In this document: one piece after another, positions 38,983-48,058 of the stretch
How the letters are laid out: each line of letters starts with the position of its first letter
How positions within the stretch are numbered: the first letter of the stretch is position 1
From: Aulosira sp. ZfuVER01
Lineage (GTDB): Bacteria > Cyanobacteriota > Cyanobacteriia > Cyanobacteriales > Nostocaceae
Assembly: GCA_034530615.2 (NCBI GenBank)
Contig: JAVRCV020000052.1
Span: 128,001-192,000 of the forward strand
Length of the DNA stretch: 64,000 bases
Direction: 5' to 3'
The notes under the pieces: model-generated
The model's input: only the letters and a program-made list of their open reading frames with translations
What the model was told of the DNA's origin: nothing
Database searches by the model: none
Made by a program: the position numbers and the translations under genes

Positions 38983-39642
38983 TTATTCAGCCGCAACAGG
39001 CTCTAACAACTTGATGTTAGAAAAGATAAATTCCTGAGTTGAGACTTTCCCATCTATCTGGGTGCGAATTTCCCGGCGATTGAGAATGAAATACTTACCA
39101 ACTTTTTCGTATTCATCGGTGAATTCGCTTCTACCACCCTTTTGTTCGCCTGTTTTCGGGTCATTATATACAGAGTCGTAGGTGTGAGACAGATAACCTT
39201 CTCCTGTTTGGTGGCTGCTAAAGGTGTTAATGGTCACAAAAGTACCGTGAATGAGACGGTGAACGTGGCTGACTTCGTTGTTATAGACTTTGTATTTATC
39301 GCCGTCAGCCTTACCACCAACTAAAATCTCAACAGCACCATTTTCGTCTGTAGCGCCATAGCTAAAACTATTTGCACTATGAGTATCTTCAAAGGAACGA
39401 CGGACGCGGTGAATGGCAATTTCCCAAGCTTGGTTGTGAATCGCCTTGCTTGCTTGTTCGTCCTCTACATCTAATACTTCAGCTTTGAGACTGGCGCTGA
39501 TAATTACTTTACCTGTAATAACTTGCTCGTCATGCTTAAAGGTGACATCAGCGGTGTAGCCAGGAAAATACTTATCCCAAGTGTAACGATTTTCATAAGC
39601 AGCCCGGAAAAGTTCCTGAGCAGAAATTTGTGTAACAGTCAT
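38983..39642 (-). CDS. DUF3386 family protein
   Basis: AQELFRAAYENRYTWD-x-x-FPGY, WEIAIHRVRRSFEDTH. Confidence 0.8.
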   Translation of the reverse strand: MTVTQISAQELFRAAYENRYTWDKYFPGYTADVTFKHDEQVITGKVIISASLKAEVLDVEDEQASKAIHNQAWEIAIHRVRRSFEDTHSANSFSYGATDENGAVEILVGGKADGDKYKVYNNEVSHVHRLIHGTFVTINTFSSHQTGEGYLSHTYDSVYNDPKTGEQKGGRSEFTDEYEKVGKYFILNRREIRTQIDGKVSTQEFIFSNIKLLEPVAAE

Positions 39643-39721
39643 GCGTTCACCTATAGCGACTAGTGATATTAGCGTTTTATCTTTGCTGGTATTAGCATAG
39701 AAGTAATTGTGAAGCCCCGCA

Positions 39722-39743
39722 TAGTCCCCAACTGGGTACACTT
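39722..39743. promoter_or_regulatory. Putative LuxR/NarL-type palindromic operator 1
   Basis: TAGTCCCCAACTGGGTACACTT, 17/22 identical to 41199-41220; lies in a divergent intergenic region. Confidence 0.55.
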
Positions 39744-40433
39744 ATGGCTAATTCTCTTCATGCTGCATTTGCTGCGATCGCCAATGTCCGCAATGAGCAA
39801 GAACTTAAACTCGCGCTCATGGATAAAATTGGCGAGCATTTTGGCGTGCAACATTGGGGTATCTACCTCATAGATGACCAGTCAAAGACTGAAATTGATG
39901 TTCCCGGTATTCCGGCCGTATGCTTACAAGGCAATCCCATAGGACGCTATGTCGTTGAGCGTCATGCACCTGCTCATGAGCAATTAATCTTATCTCCAGA
40001 AGATTGGAAAGATATTTGCCCGCGCCACGACCACGAACACGTGATGACTGGCCCAATTATCTGTGATGGTCGGCTTGTGGGAACGCTGAACTTGGCTCGT
40101 GCTGAAGGTAGCCCACCCTTTGATGGTAATGATTTAGCCGATTTGAGTGCTTTATGTATTCACATCTCAGCAAAACTTGCTACCTTGCGGGCGAAACCAC
40201 AAACCCCTACATCCCCCTTACCTAATCCTCTAACACCACGCGAGTTAGAAATTGCGGAATTAGTTGCTCAAGGCTTAACTAATGCGGAAATCGCCGCTAG
40301 GCTGTGGATTACCCAAAATTCTGTTAAACAAGCCCTAAAAAGAATGTTCCGTAAGCTCAGGGTGTCAGCGCGTACAGAGATGGTTACCAAGCTACATTCA
40401 ATATCTTCTCTTCCACCCCAACAAATCAATTAG
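39744..40433 (+). CDS. GAF-like + LuxR HTH transcriptional regulator
   Basis: HDHEHVMTGPI GAF-like segment; LTPRELEIAELVAQGLTNAEIA...LKRMFRKL HTH. Confidence 0.88.
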   Translation: MANSLHAAFAAIANVRNEQELKLALMDKIGEHFGVQHWGIYLIDDQSKTEIDVPGIPAVCLQGNPIGRYVVERHAPAHEQLILSPEDWKDICPRHDHEHVMTGPIICDGRLVGTLNLARAEGSPPFDGNDLADLSALCIHISAKLATLRAKPQTPTSPLPNPLTPRELEIAELVAQGLTNAEIAARLWITQNSVKQALKRMFRKLRVSARTEMVTKLHSISSLPPQQIN

Positions 40434-41125
40434 ATTCCCAGCAACTTAGCAGTCTCCTTTGTCTGTTTTAAGGATGCTGCTATGAGCTGTTCACCAATTT
40501 TTTGTACCTGCTTAACTAATACCTGACCAGCATTTTCCGGTGAGCCAACATTAAAAGGCGGTGCAGGATTATACTCTAGCAATAGCTGAATTACCTTAGC
40601 TGTTTGTTCACCGCATAAATGAGCAGCAATTACCAACCCAAAATCAATACCAGCAGTCACACCACCGCCAGTAATCCGGTTGCGGTCAATTACTACTCTT
40701 TCATTTACCACCTCAACACCTAACATGGCTAACTGATCGCGAAAAGCCCAATGACAAGCAGCCCTATAGCCTTGCAGCAATCCAGCCGCAGCCAAAATTA
40801 AAGAGCCAGTACAAACCGAAGTGATATATTTTGCTGTCTTGCTTTGCTGTTGCAGAAATTCCAGTACTTCCCCATCTCGCATCATCTCAACCTGTCCAGG
40901 CCCGCCAGGTACACACAACACATCTAAGGGTGGAGAGTCAGCAAAAGTGGTAGTTGGCAAAATCGTCAGATTATCGCTACTAGTGACTGGCTCTAAAGTC
41001 TTCCACAAGCAATAAACTTTGGTGTTGGGCATAAAACTAAAAACTTGCTGTGGCCCAGTAATATCTAATTGCGTCATCCCAGGATAAATTACCAGACCAA
41101 TGTTGTACTCTGCTGGACTAGCCAT
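40430..41125 (-). CDS. DJ-1/PfpI family protein (isonitrile hydratase InhA-like)
   Basis: TQLDITGP, DVLCVPGG, SVCTGSLIL, ITGGGVTAGIDF, LEYNPAPPF. Confidence 0.88.
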   Translation of the reverse strand: MASPAEYNIGLVIYPGMTQLDITGPQQVFSFMPNTKVYCLWKTLEPVTSSDNLTILPTTTFADSPPLDVLCVPGGPGQVEMMRDGEVLEFLQQQSKTAKYITSVCTGSLILAAAGLLQGYRAACHWAFRDQLAMLGVEVVNERVVIDRNRITGGGVTAGIDFGLVIAAHLCGEQTAKVIQLLLEYNPAPPFNVGSPENAGQVLVKQVQKIGEQLIAASLKQTKETAKLLGI

Positions 41126-41198
41126 AATTCTGATTTCCCTATAACTTCGCCTTTGGATTTCATCACTGCTAGAGTAAGATTGACTACTGAGCTATGCC

Positions 41199-41220
41199 TA
41201 GTCCTCGATCGAGTACACTT
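41199..41220. promoter_or_regulatory. Putative LuxR/NarL-type palindromic operator 2
   Basis: TAGTCCTCGATCGAGTACACTT; core GTCCTCGATCGAGTAC is 14/16 palindromic. Confidence 0.55.
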
Positions 41221-41232
41221 TATTGAGTGAAA

Positions 41233-41946
41233 ATGGCTAATTTGCAAAGTTTATTTCATGCTCTAGCTTCTGCCAATGATGAACGCAAATTACGACTAGC
41301 TTTCATGGATGAAGTTGGAAAGCATTTTAGCGTGCAACGTTGGGGTATCTACCTTACCGATGAGCAATCCCGGTTAGTTAGTGTCGATGTTCGCGGTGTT
41401 CCTGATTCCTTAGTGGAGCGCTATGAGCAAGTAGGTAGAGCCGTAGATCCCGTCATGCGCTACGTCGTTGAGCGCCATGCACCAGCCCATGAAGAATTGG
41501 TGCTCCCCCCAGGAGGCTGGAAGCAATGCGAACTGTATCAGCATTGTTGCGCGTACTACGACCACGAACACATCATGACAGGCCCCATTGTTGGTGCTGG
41601 TCGCCTGATTGGTACTATTCACTTTGCCCGTATTGGCAATACACCCGCCTTTAGTGGAGAAAATCTTGCTGATTTGAGCGCTTTATCTCTTCATCTGTCA
41701 GCTTGTTTGGCTATGCTCAAACAACAACCGCAAAGATTTTACTCGACCCTAACTAATCGCCTGACTCCCCGTGAATTACAAATTGCTGAGTTGGTAGCCC
41801 AAGGTTTAACTAATGCTGAAATTGGTGCAAAACTTTGGATTACAGAAAATTCAGTTAAGCAAGCCCTTAAAAGAATGTTTCGCAAGTTAGAAGTTGTCAA
41901 TCGTGCTGAAATGGTAGCCAGATTACAAGATGTTTTGACTGCATAG
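41233..41946 (+). CDS. GAF-like + LuxR HTH transcriptional regulator (paralog of 39744-40433)
   Basis: RYVVERHAPAHE, YDHEHIMTGPI, LTPRELQIAELVAQGLTNAEIG. Confidence 0.88.
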   Translation: MANLQSLFHALASANDERKLRLAFMDEVGKHFSVQRWGIYLTDEQSRLVSVDVRGVPDSLVERYEQVGRAVDPVMRYVVERHAPAHEELVLPPGGWKQCELYQHCCAYYDHEHIMTGPIVGAGRLIGTIHFARIGNTPAFSGENLADLSALSLHLSACLAMLKQQPQRFYSTLTNRLTPRELQIAELVAQGLTNAEIGAKLWITENSVKQALKRMFRKLEVVNRAEMVARLQDVLTA

Positions 41947-41957
41947 AGGATGCTTTT

Positions 41958-42596
41958 ATGAACCGCCCACGCATTCTGCAACCAGGTACAAGCTATACAT
42001 TTAGTAAATATTTTGAATTGCCTTATGCGCTAGCCGACATCCTTGCCGAATTTAATTGTACTTATGAACGCAAACGGCTGAATTTACCAAGACATCTAGG
42101 TGAACTTAACTGTTTAGACTTTTTAAGTCGCTATTTGCAAAGAAATTTAACTTACGTTAACCCGATCAGTGAAATGGCAAGACGGGAGGTATTAATTGCC
42201 CCTACCTTATTAGAAATTTGTGCAGAAACTCAAACTCAATTAAATATTGAATATCCGATTAATGTTAACGAACAACTAAAGGGTAGTTTTGACTACTACA
42301 TAAATAGTAATGTGGGAATGTTAGTAGTTGAAGCTAAACAATCAGATTTAGGTCGCGGCTTTACCCAATTAGCCGTAGAATTGATTGCCCTTGACCAATG
42401 GACACAATCACAAACACCTCTGCTTTATGGTGCTGTGACTACAGGAGAAGATTGGCGATTTGGCCTATTTCATCGTCAAGAAAAGTTGATTTCTCAAGAC
42501 TTGAAACTCTATCGCGTTCCTGAAGAATTAGAAGAGTTACTCCGAGTTCTTGTAGGAATTATTGTTGCGCCGAATTGTTATGAACAAATCGCTTAA
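41958..42596 (+). CDS. Cyanobacterial PD-(D/E)XK-like restriction-endonuclease-fold protein
   Basis: SEMARRE, GSFDYY...LVVEAK, GFTQLAVEL, YGAVTTGEDWRF. Confidence 0.65.
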   Translation: MNRPRILQPGTSYTFSKYFELPYALADILAEFNCTYERKRLNLPRHLGELNCLDFLSRYLQRNLTYVNPISEMARREVLIAPTLLEICAETQTQLNIEYPINVNEQLKGSFDYYINSNVGMLVVEAKQSDLGRGFTQLAVELIALDQWTQSQTPLLYGAVTTGEDWRFGLFHRQEKLISQDLKLYRVPEELEELLRVLVGIIVAPNCYEQIA

Positions 42597-42728
42597 AATA
42601 AAGAATATTACTATTCATTTAGCAAATCAGCTTGTATGTAATTAAGCGTACCAAATATTACAAGTTTGGGGTGTAGGCTGTTGTGAGAGTTTACCTACAC
42701 CCACGAACAAAAACTGTAGCAGCCGATA

Positions 42729-43208
42729 TTAAGACCTTTGCGCTACACTCACACCTTCTGCTTTGGCTGGTATGATAATGCCATAGTAAAGAGCTGCGAT
42801 CGCAGCTAGAGCATTCACCAAAACATTGTTACCAAATAGTGGCATAAAACCGAAAAAGGTTTTAGCAAATGGCAACAATCCCATGATTGCCAACGCAATA
42901 TAAGCTAAGGCAAAACCACGATTAAAAATGCGGGAGCTGCTAGCGCTGAGAAAAGAAGAAATTCCCCACAAACCTACGCCGCAACGTACAATATTATGCA
43001 AGAAATTGGTGGGAAATAACCCAAATATATAGCCAAATCCCGCAGCATAAACGGTAGGAGCTTCATTAAGCGGGATATAAGATGCATCAGTTCCTGGTAC
43101 TGAAACTAAAGCTGGGATAAATCCAGCTAAACCTAACAGTAAATAGACAATTCCAATTGACAAAGCGCAGTAACGCTCTGCCATGTTTGCCGCATTCGTG
43201 TTTTCCAT
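42729..43208 (-). CDS. DUF4383-type membrane protein
   Basis: YLLLGLAGFIP, FGLFPTNFLHNIV, FGFMPLFGNN. Confidence 0.75.
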   Translation of the reverse strand: MENTNAANMAERYCALSIGIVYLLLGLAGFIPALVSVPGTDASYIPLNEAPTVYAAGFGYIFGLFPTNFLHNIVRCGVGLWGISSFLSASSSRIFNRGFALAYIALAIMGLLPFAKTFFGFMPLFGNNVLVNALAAIAALYYGIIIPAKAEGVSVAQRS

Positions 43209-43515
43209 CTTCTCTTTTACCTCTAATTTCTGAGATTCTTCACAAAATCCAATCTGTTGATTGAAATATTACTGCCACCAACTTCTTGAAAGAATAAACA
43301 GTAGTTCTCTCAACTCGGTAGTTTGGCAATATATAACACTTCCTATTCAACTTAGATTCTGTTAGGTTATCTCTATCGGAAGGAGGGATTAAAAATTATT
43401 AGCTAGATAAATCTCACACTGTTTTGAATTTTAACTGCTTTTTCTTTTTTTCTTTACAAGTTACTGTTTAGACAAGATAAATTTCAAATACACCAACAGC
43501 ATTAACAAAACAGAC

Positions 43516-44424
43516 ATGACACAGCAAACAACCGCAGAACGAATTATCTTAGTTACCGGAGCCACGGGAAATCAGGGCGGTGCGGTGGCGCGTCATCTTT
43601 TAAAGCGTGGAAACTTCAAGGTGCGTGCCTTTGTGCGCGATCCAAACAAGCCCCCTGCCCAAGCACTCCAACAAGCGGGGGCAGAACTCGTAGTAGGAGA
43701 TTTCGGCGATCGCGCTTCCCTTGATCGCGCTCTACAAGATGCCTGGGGCGTTTTTTCGGTGCAGACCTTCTTTCAAGGCGGATTGTCAGCCGAAATCCGT
43801 GATGGCAAGGTGGTCGCAGACGCGGCGAAAGCAGTGAGCATTCAGCATTTCGTCTACAGTTCAGTAGGGAGCGCAGAACGCAACACGGGCATTCCCCATT
43901 TCGACAGCAAGTTTCAAGTCGAAGAATACATTCGATCGCTTGATTTGCCCTACACGATAATGCGTCCAGTTTTCTTCTTTTACAATTACAACGCGATGCG
44001 TTCAATGATTGAGCAGGGAACGCTTTTCCAACCGCTCAGTCCTGACAGAAAATTGCAGCAGATTTCCGAAGAAGATTACGGGGAAATGGTCGCCGAAGTG
44101 TTCGAGCGTTCCGCAGATTTCTTGAATCGCGAAAAGGAAGTCGCAGGTGTAGACATGACCATGACAGAAATCGCTGCCGCATTCAGCCGCGTTCTAGGCA
44201 AACCCGTCAGCTACCAACAAATTCCGTTTGAAGCTTTTGAGCAGCAAGTCGGAGAGGAAGTAACCACGATGTATCGCTGGTTTGAGAACGTTGGCTACGG
44301 AGCAAATTTTGCCGAGTTGAAGCGCGATTTTCCTGAACCAACGACCGACTTTGAATCCTATCTACGCGATCGCGGTTGGGTAAAACCAGATGCAAGCGCG
44401 TCCGACGTTGGGGCAAAAATGTGA
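43516..44424 (+). CDS. NmrA/HSCARG family NAD(P)-binding protein
   Basis: ILVTGATGNQGGAV, HFVYSSV, IPHFDSKFQVEEY. Confidence 0.9.
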   Translation: MTQQTTAERIILVTGATGNQGGAVARHLLKRGNFKVRAFVRDPNKPPAQALQQAGAELVVGDFGDRASLDRALQDAWGVFSVQTFFQGGLSAEIRDGKVVADAAKAVSIQHFVYSSVGSAERNTGIPHFDSKFQVEEYIRSLDLPYTIMRPVFFFYNYNAMRSMIEQGTLFQPLSPDRKLQQISEEDYGEMVAEVFERSADFLNREKEVAGVDMTMTEIAAAFSRVLGKPVSYQQIPFEAFEQQVGEEVTTMYRWFENVGYGANFAELKRDFPEPTTDFESYLRDRGWVKPDASASDVGAKM

Positions 44425-44483
44425 ACTGACAATTACAGCCCGATTAGAACCGGAACCTGCTAACTATTCTCAAAGAGCAAACG

Positions 44484-44597
44484 ATGCGATTATTGAATAA
44501 AACCGTAATTTTTACTGGTGCCACCAGAGGAATTGGTAGCGCAATCAGCACCGCTTTTTGTCGGATGCAGCTGGCAAATGGTAGGTCTGGTCCCTAA
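44484..44597 (+). pseudogene. 5' stub of a short-chain dehydrogenase/reductase
   Basis: MRLLNKTVIFTGATRGIGSAISTAF (TGxxxGIG Rossmann start), then unrelated sequence and a stop after 37 codons. Confidence 0.7.
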
Positions 44598-44626
44598 ACG
44601 GTTTTCTTGCGTACACGACCTACCGC

Positions 44627-44677
44627 CCGCAGGCTGGAAGCCTGCGGCTATAGTTACAAAGCCCACCTTGGTGGGCT
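44627..44677. repeat. REP-like double hairpin
   Basis: CCGCAGGCT-GGA-AGCCTGCGG and AGCCCACC-TT-GGTGGGCT. Confidence 0.6.
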
Positions 44678-44755
44678 GAATTCTTTAGGTTAAAATCTTG
44701 TTTTACTTTTCTTAGAGATTAAGTCTCTACAAAACATGGAGTTTCTCCCGTTAAT

Positions 44756-44783
44756 TCCCCTCTTCTGAAACTAGAAGAGGGGA
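44756..44783. terminator. 11-bp hairpin just downstream of the ycf45 stop
   Basis: TCCCCTCTTCT-GAAACT-AGAAGAGGGGA. Confidence 0.5.
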
Positions 44784-44794
44784 TAGGGGTGAGA

Positions 44795-46534
44795 TTACGC
44801 TGGATAAATTCTTAAGCGGCGATTTGGTTCTTCACCAAAACTATGGGACTTGAGCCGATAATGTTCTACCAACTCATGTTGCATTTTGCGGACTTGGGGA
44901 GAACGGGGCAATAACTCAACTGGCTGTCCTTTGGGAATCACAATCTGCTCTACAGCAAGTCTAGCTTCTTCTAGGGCATCCATTTCGTCATCGCTACCAC
45001 TGTGCAATAGCAGTTGCAGTTCTCGGTCATCGGCGATTTCTGGGTCATCCATGTTCAGCAAGCGCCGCAAGCCACGGGTAATTTGCGGAATTGTGCTGGA
45101 CTTAATCATGTGGATTGGGACATGACGAGCTTTGGCCATTTGCCTGAGTTTGGCATGATTTTTGACGTGCGATCGCAGCGCCAAAATTGCATCAGCACTA
45201 TCGATATCTTTTGTCAATACTACTGGCAAAGATAGCACGCTGATTACCTGCTCCAATTGATGGCGGCTAACGCCATAGGGGTAAACGTGCAGTGGCAAAT
45301 CTTCACCATTTGGCCCCGGCTGTTTGCTGGCACTAAAATCAATGGTATCGGCGTAATTAAATGACTCATCTAGCAAGCGGTCAAATTCACTGCGTCCAGT
45401 AACTCTTTCCCGCTCTACAGAAGGGGGTGGCAAGGCTACCATTTGTCCGGATGAACGCCAGCCATTGGCTTGTCGAGATCCAGAAAAAGAATCTTCGCCA
45501 CCTGCTTGATGTCCACCACCGCGACCATTGACTACTGACAGCTGGCGGGTAACTGATATCTTGCCTTGCTCGTCAACAGTTCTGGTTTGCGGGCTAGGCT
45601 GGCGTCCCCTCAGCAGAGTATCTACCGTGTCAGCAACGCTTTCGTGTACTACCCAGCGTTGCCGTTCTAACATTTCCACAGCAATCTCAAAAGTAGGAGG
45701 GGCTTTGCGTTCCAAAACAGTCTTTTGACTGCCTCGGCGTCTTGCTTCGTCATCTCCTAAAGTCACCGCTTGGATACCCCCCACCAAGTCAGAAAGTGTG
45801 GGGTTTTTAATCAGGTTTTCTATCTGGTTGCCATGCGCTGTACCTACTAGCTGCACACCTCGTTCCGCAATGGTACGAGCTGCCAAGGCTTCCAGTTCTG
45901 TGCCAATTTCATCAATCACGATGACTTCTGGCATATGGTTTTCTACTGCTTCAATCATCACTTGATGCTGAAGCTCTGGATGAGCTACTTGCATCCTTCT
46001 GGCGCGACCAATGGCGGGGTGGGCAACATCACCATCCCCAGCAATTTCGTTCGAGGTGTCGATAATTACTACTCGTTTATTGAGTTCATCAGCCAAAACC
46101 CGGGCAATTTCCCGTAAGGCAGTAGTTTTACCGACTCCTGGCCGCCCCAGCATGAGAATCGATCTACCAGTTTCTACCAAATCGCGAATCATGCCAATTG
46201 TGCCGAATACCGCTCGACCAACCCGACAAGTTAAACCAATTATCTTGCCTGTGCGGTTGCGGATGGCGCTGATCCGGTGCAAAGTTTGCTCAATTCCTGC
46301 CCGATTATCTCCGCCAAAGGTTCCGACTCGCTGAATGCAATCATCTATCTGTTCTTGAGTGACGGGCTGTTCGCTCAGATACTCAGCTTGATTAGGAAAG
46401 CGAGCCTCTGGGCGACGGCCCAGATCCAAGACTACTTCAACTAAACTATCTCGTTTAGGATGATCCTCTAGTACTTGTCGTAAGTCTTGGGGCAAAATGT
46501 CTAACAACTTTTGGAGATCGTCTGTAATCGTCAT
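44795..46534 (-). CDS. ycf45: Ycf45/SpoIIIAA-like AAA ATPase with a C-terminal R3H domain
   Basis: GRPGVGKTT, IIDTSNEIAGDGD, EAVENHMPEVIVIDEIG, R3H motif RKMQHELV. Confidence 0.85.
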   Translation of the reverse strand: MTITDDLQKLLDILPQDLRQVLEDHPKRDSLVEVVLDLGRRPEARFPNQAEYLSEQPVTQEQIDDCIQRVGTFGGDNRAGIEQTLHRISAIRNRTGKIIGLTCRVGRAVFGTIGMIRDLVETGRSILMLGRPGVGKTTALREIARVLADELNKRVVIIDTSNEIAGDGDVAHPAIGRARRMQVAHPELQHQVMIEAVENHMPEVIVIDEIGTELEALAARTIAERGVQLVGTAHGNQIENLIKNPTLSDLVGGIQAVTLGDDEARRRGSQKTVLERKAPPTFEIAVEMLERQRWVVHESVADTVDTLLRGRQPSPQTRTVDEQGKISVTRQLSVVNGRGGGHQAGGEDSFSGSRQANGWRSSGQMVALPPPSVERERVTGRSEFDRLLDESFNYADTIDFSASKQPGPNGEDLPLHVYPYGVSRHQLEQVISVLSLPVVLTKDIDSADAILALRSHVKNHAKLRQMAKARHVPIHMIKSSTIPQITRGLRRLLNMDDPEIADDRELQLLLHSGSDDEMDALEEARLAVEQIVIPKGQPVELLPRSPQVRKMQHELVEHYRLKSHSFGEEPNRRLRIYPA

Positions 46535-46578
46535 GCTTTCTATGGTGACGTTTTTAGAGATAACGAACGAGCGGTTGG

Positions 46579-47766
46579 TTAGCGCTCCTGTTGAGACTTG
46601 AGCTGGGAAACGAGAGAATGGGCAAGCTCTACAGCCTGCCAGAGTAGTACATCGTCTTCTTCCAGGCGGACAGTCGCCTTAACATTAGTTTGACTCACCT
46701 CCTTATTTTCTAACTGTTCAAGAATCGGTGACAGCAGTACACGGGCGTAGCTACCGTAGGCCACGCCAGCAATTGAGGACGCGGAGAGTGGGAGACGTTC
46801 TGACGCGGTGAGGGAGTTAGAGGAAACATTCCCCGCGTCTCCGTGTCTCTGTGTCCCCGTGTCCTCTTCCCTTGCTTCCTTCAGCAGTCCCATTGCCTTT
46901 AACTTGGCAACAGTGTAGCTGTTGGTGCCACCTGCTAACTGCACATATCCCGGTAACTTAGCTGCCAAAACTTTTTGTCCTAATTTCACCGCTGCTAAAG
47001 TAGTGCCGTCGCCAATATCTCCGCTCATCGGACGGCCATCTGTCTGCCAAATTAAGGCTTGAGGACGCGGGTGAATCAGGTCATTCAGTGCATGAAGGTA
47101 ATCAATCATCCCTTCGCCGTCGGGACAGCTAATCGCTACTACCTTTAATTTATCTACCCAAGGTGAAATTGCTTGCCATAGTCGCTGAAATTCTGCATAA
47201 CGCCCTACCTGTGTATGAATTTCTACAGCATCTACTCCTGTTGACATCACTAATGGTGCGATCGCTCCTGGCGTTGACATATATGAGCTTGTATAAATTA
47301 TATCATAAGGACAAATTGGTATGCAACGACCACAGCCGTAGCACTTTTGTGATACTACACCTGAGTAGTTATCTTTTATACTGTTAAACACAATTGCTTG
47401 TGCTGGACAAATTTTTTCACAGGGACGAGGGCAGTCTTTAGGGCACTCAGTAGGATTAAACTCTGCTTTGCGAAAATGGGGGTCTTCTCCATCATTGAGG
47501 CTAACCATCAACAATGGTAAGTTTCCTTTATAGCCAAAGCCTCGCTTCTGAGCATCCCTAGCTAGATTGCTGGCTACTTGTAGCGCTGCTTGTGCTGCTG
47601 CAATCACCGCCGGATCGGCAGCCACATCTATACAGTCAGCGCCCGCCAAAGTGTAGGCTAATGTTAAACTTCTGACCGCAGGCAGATGTTGGAAACTGGC
47701 TCCACAGATGAGTTTGAACCAGTGACCTTCTTTGAGAGATTGTAAAGGGATAAACAGATCAGTCAC
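46579..47766 (-). CDS. ldpA: Circadian input protein LdpA (4Fe-4S)
   Basis: WFKLICGAS, GADCIDVAAD, CPKDCPRPCEKICP, CYGCGRCIPICP, WQTDGRPMSGDIG, QLAGGTN. Confidence 0.92.
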   Translation of the reverse strand: MTDLFIPLQSLKEGHWFKLICGASFQHLPAVRSLTLAYTLAGADCIDVAADPAVIAAAQAALQVASNLARDAQKRGFGYKGNLPLLMVSLNDGEDPHFRKAEFNPTECPKDCPRPCEKICPAQAIVFNSIKDNYSGVVSQKCYGCGRCIPICPYDIIYTSSYMSTPGAIAPLVMSTGVDAVEIHTQVGRYAEFQRLWQAISPWVDKLKVVAISCPDGEGMIDYLHALNDLIHPRPQALIWQTDGRPMSGDIGDGTTLAAVKLGQKVLAAKLPGYVQLAGGTNSYTVAKLKAMGLLKEAREEDTGTQRHGDAGNVSSNSLTASERLPLSASSIAGVAYGSYARVLLSPILEQLENKEVSQTNVKATVRLEEDDVLLWQAVELAHSLVSQLKSQQER

Positions 47767-48058
47767 TCTTCTATTATGCTTTTATAGGACTGAAAAATGT
47801 AGTCTCTTATAGAGAAAAAATCCGGATTTCCTCATTTCTACTTCTGAGGGATTTTACCCAGAAATTGCAGATTTGGCTGTCAACCCTTGCTAGAAATAGA
47901 TTTCACGGTTGCTTCAGTATGATATGTACCCTTTGGCTCTGATTACGAAATATCAATAAAAACTATCAATAATTCAAAATGGAAGAACTTAATTACAGCA
48001 AGGAGAAGAGCTACTGAGTGCATCTCAATCCAATGGGTTTAAGCTGATGATTATGTAT

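Noticed and set aside
42638..42651. NtcA box GTA-N8-TAC
   Set aside because: It lies between two convergent gene ends rather than in a promoter, and such a short pattern occurs by chance.
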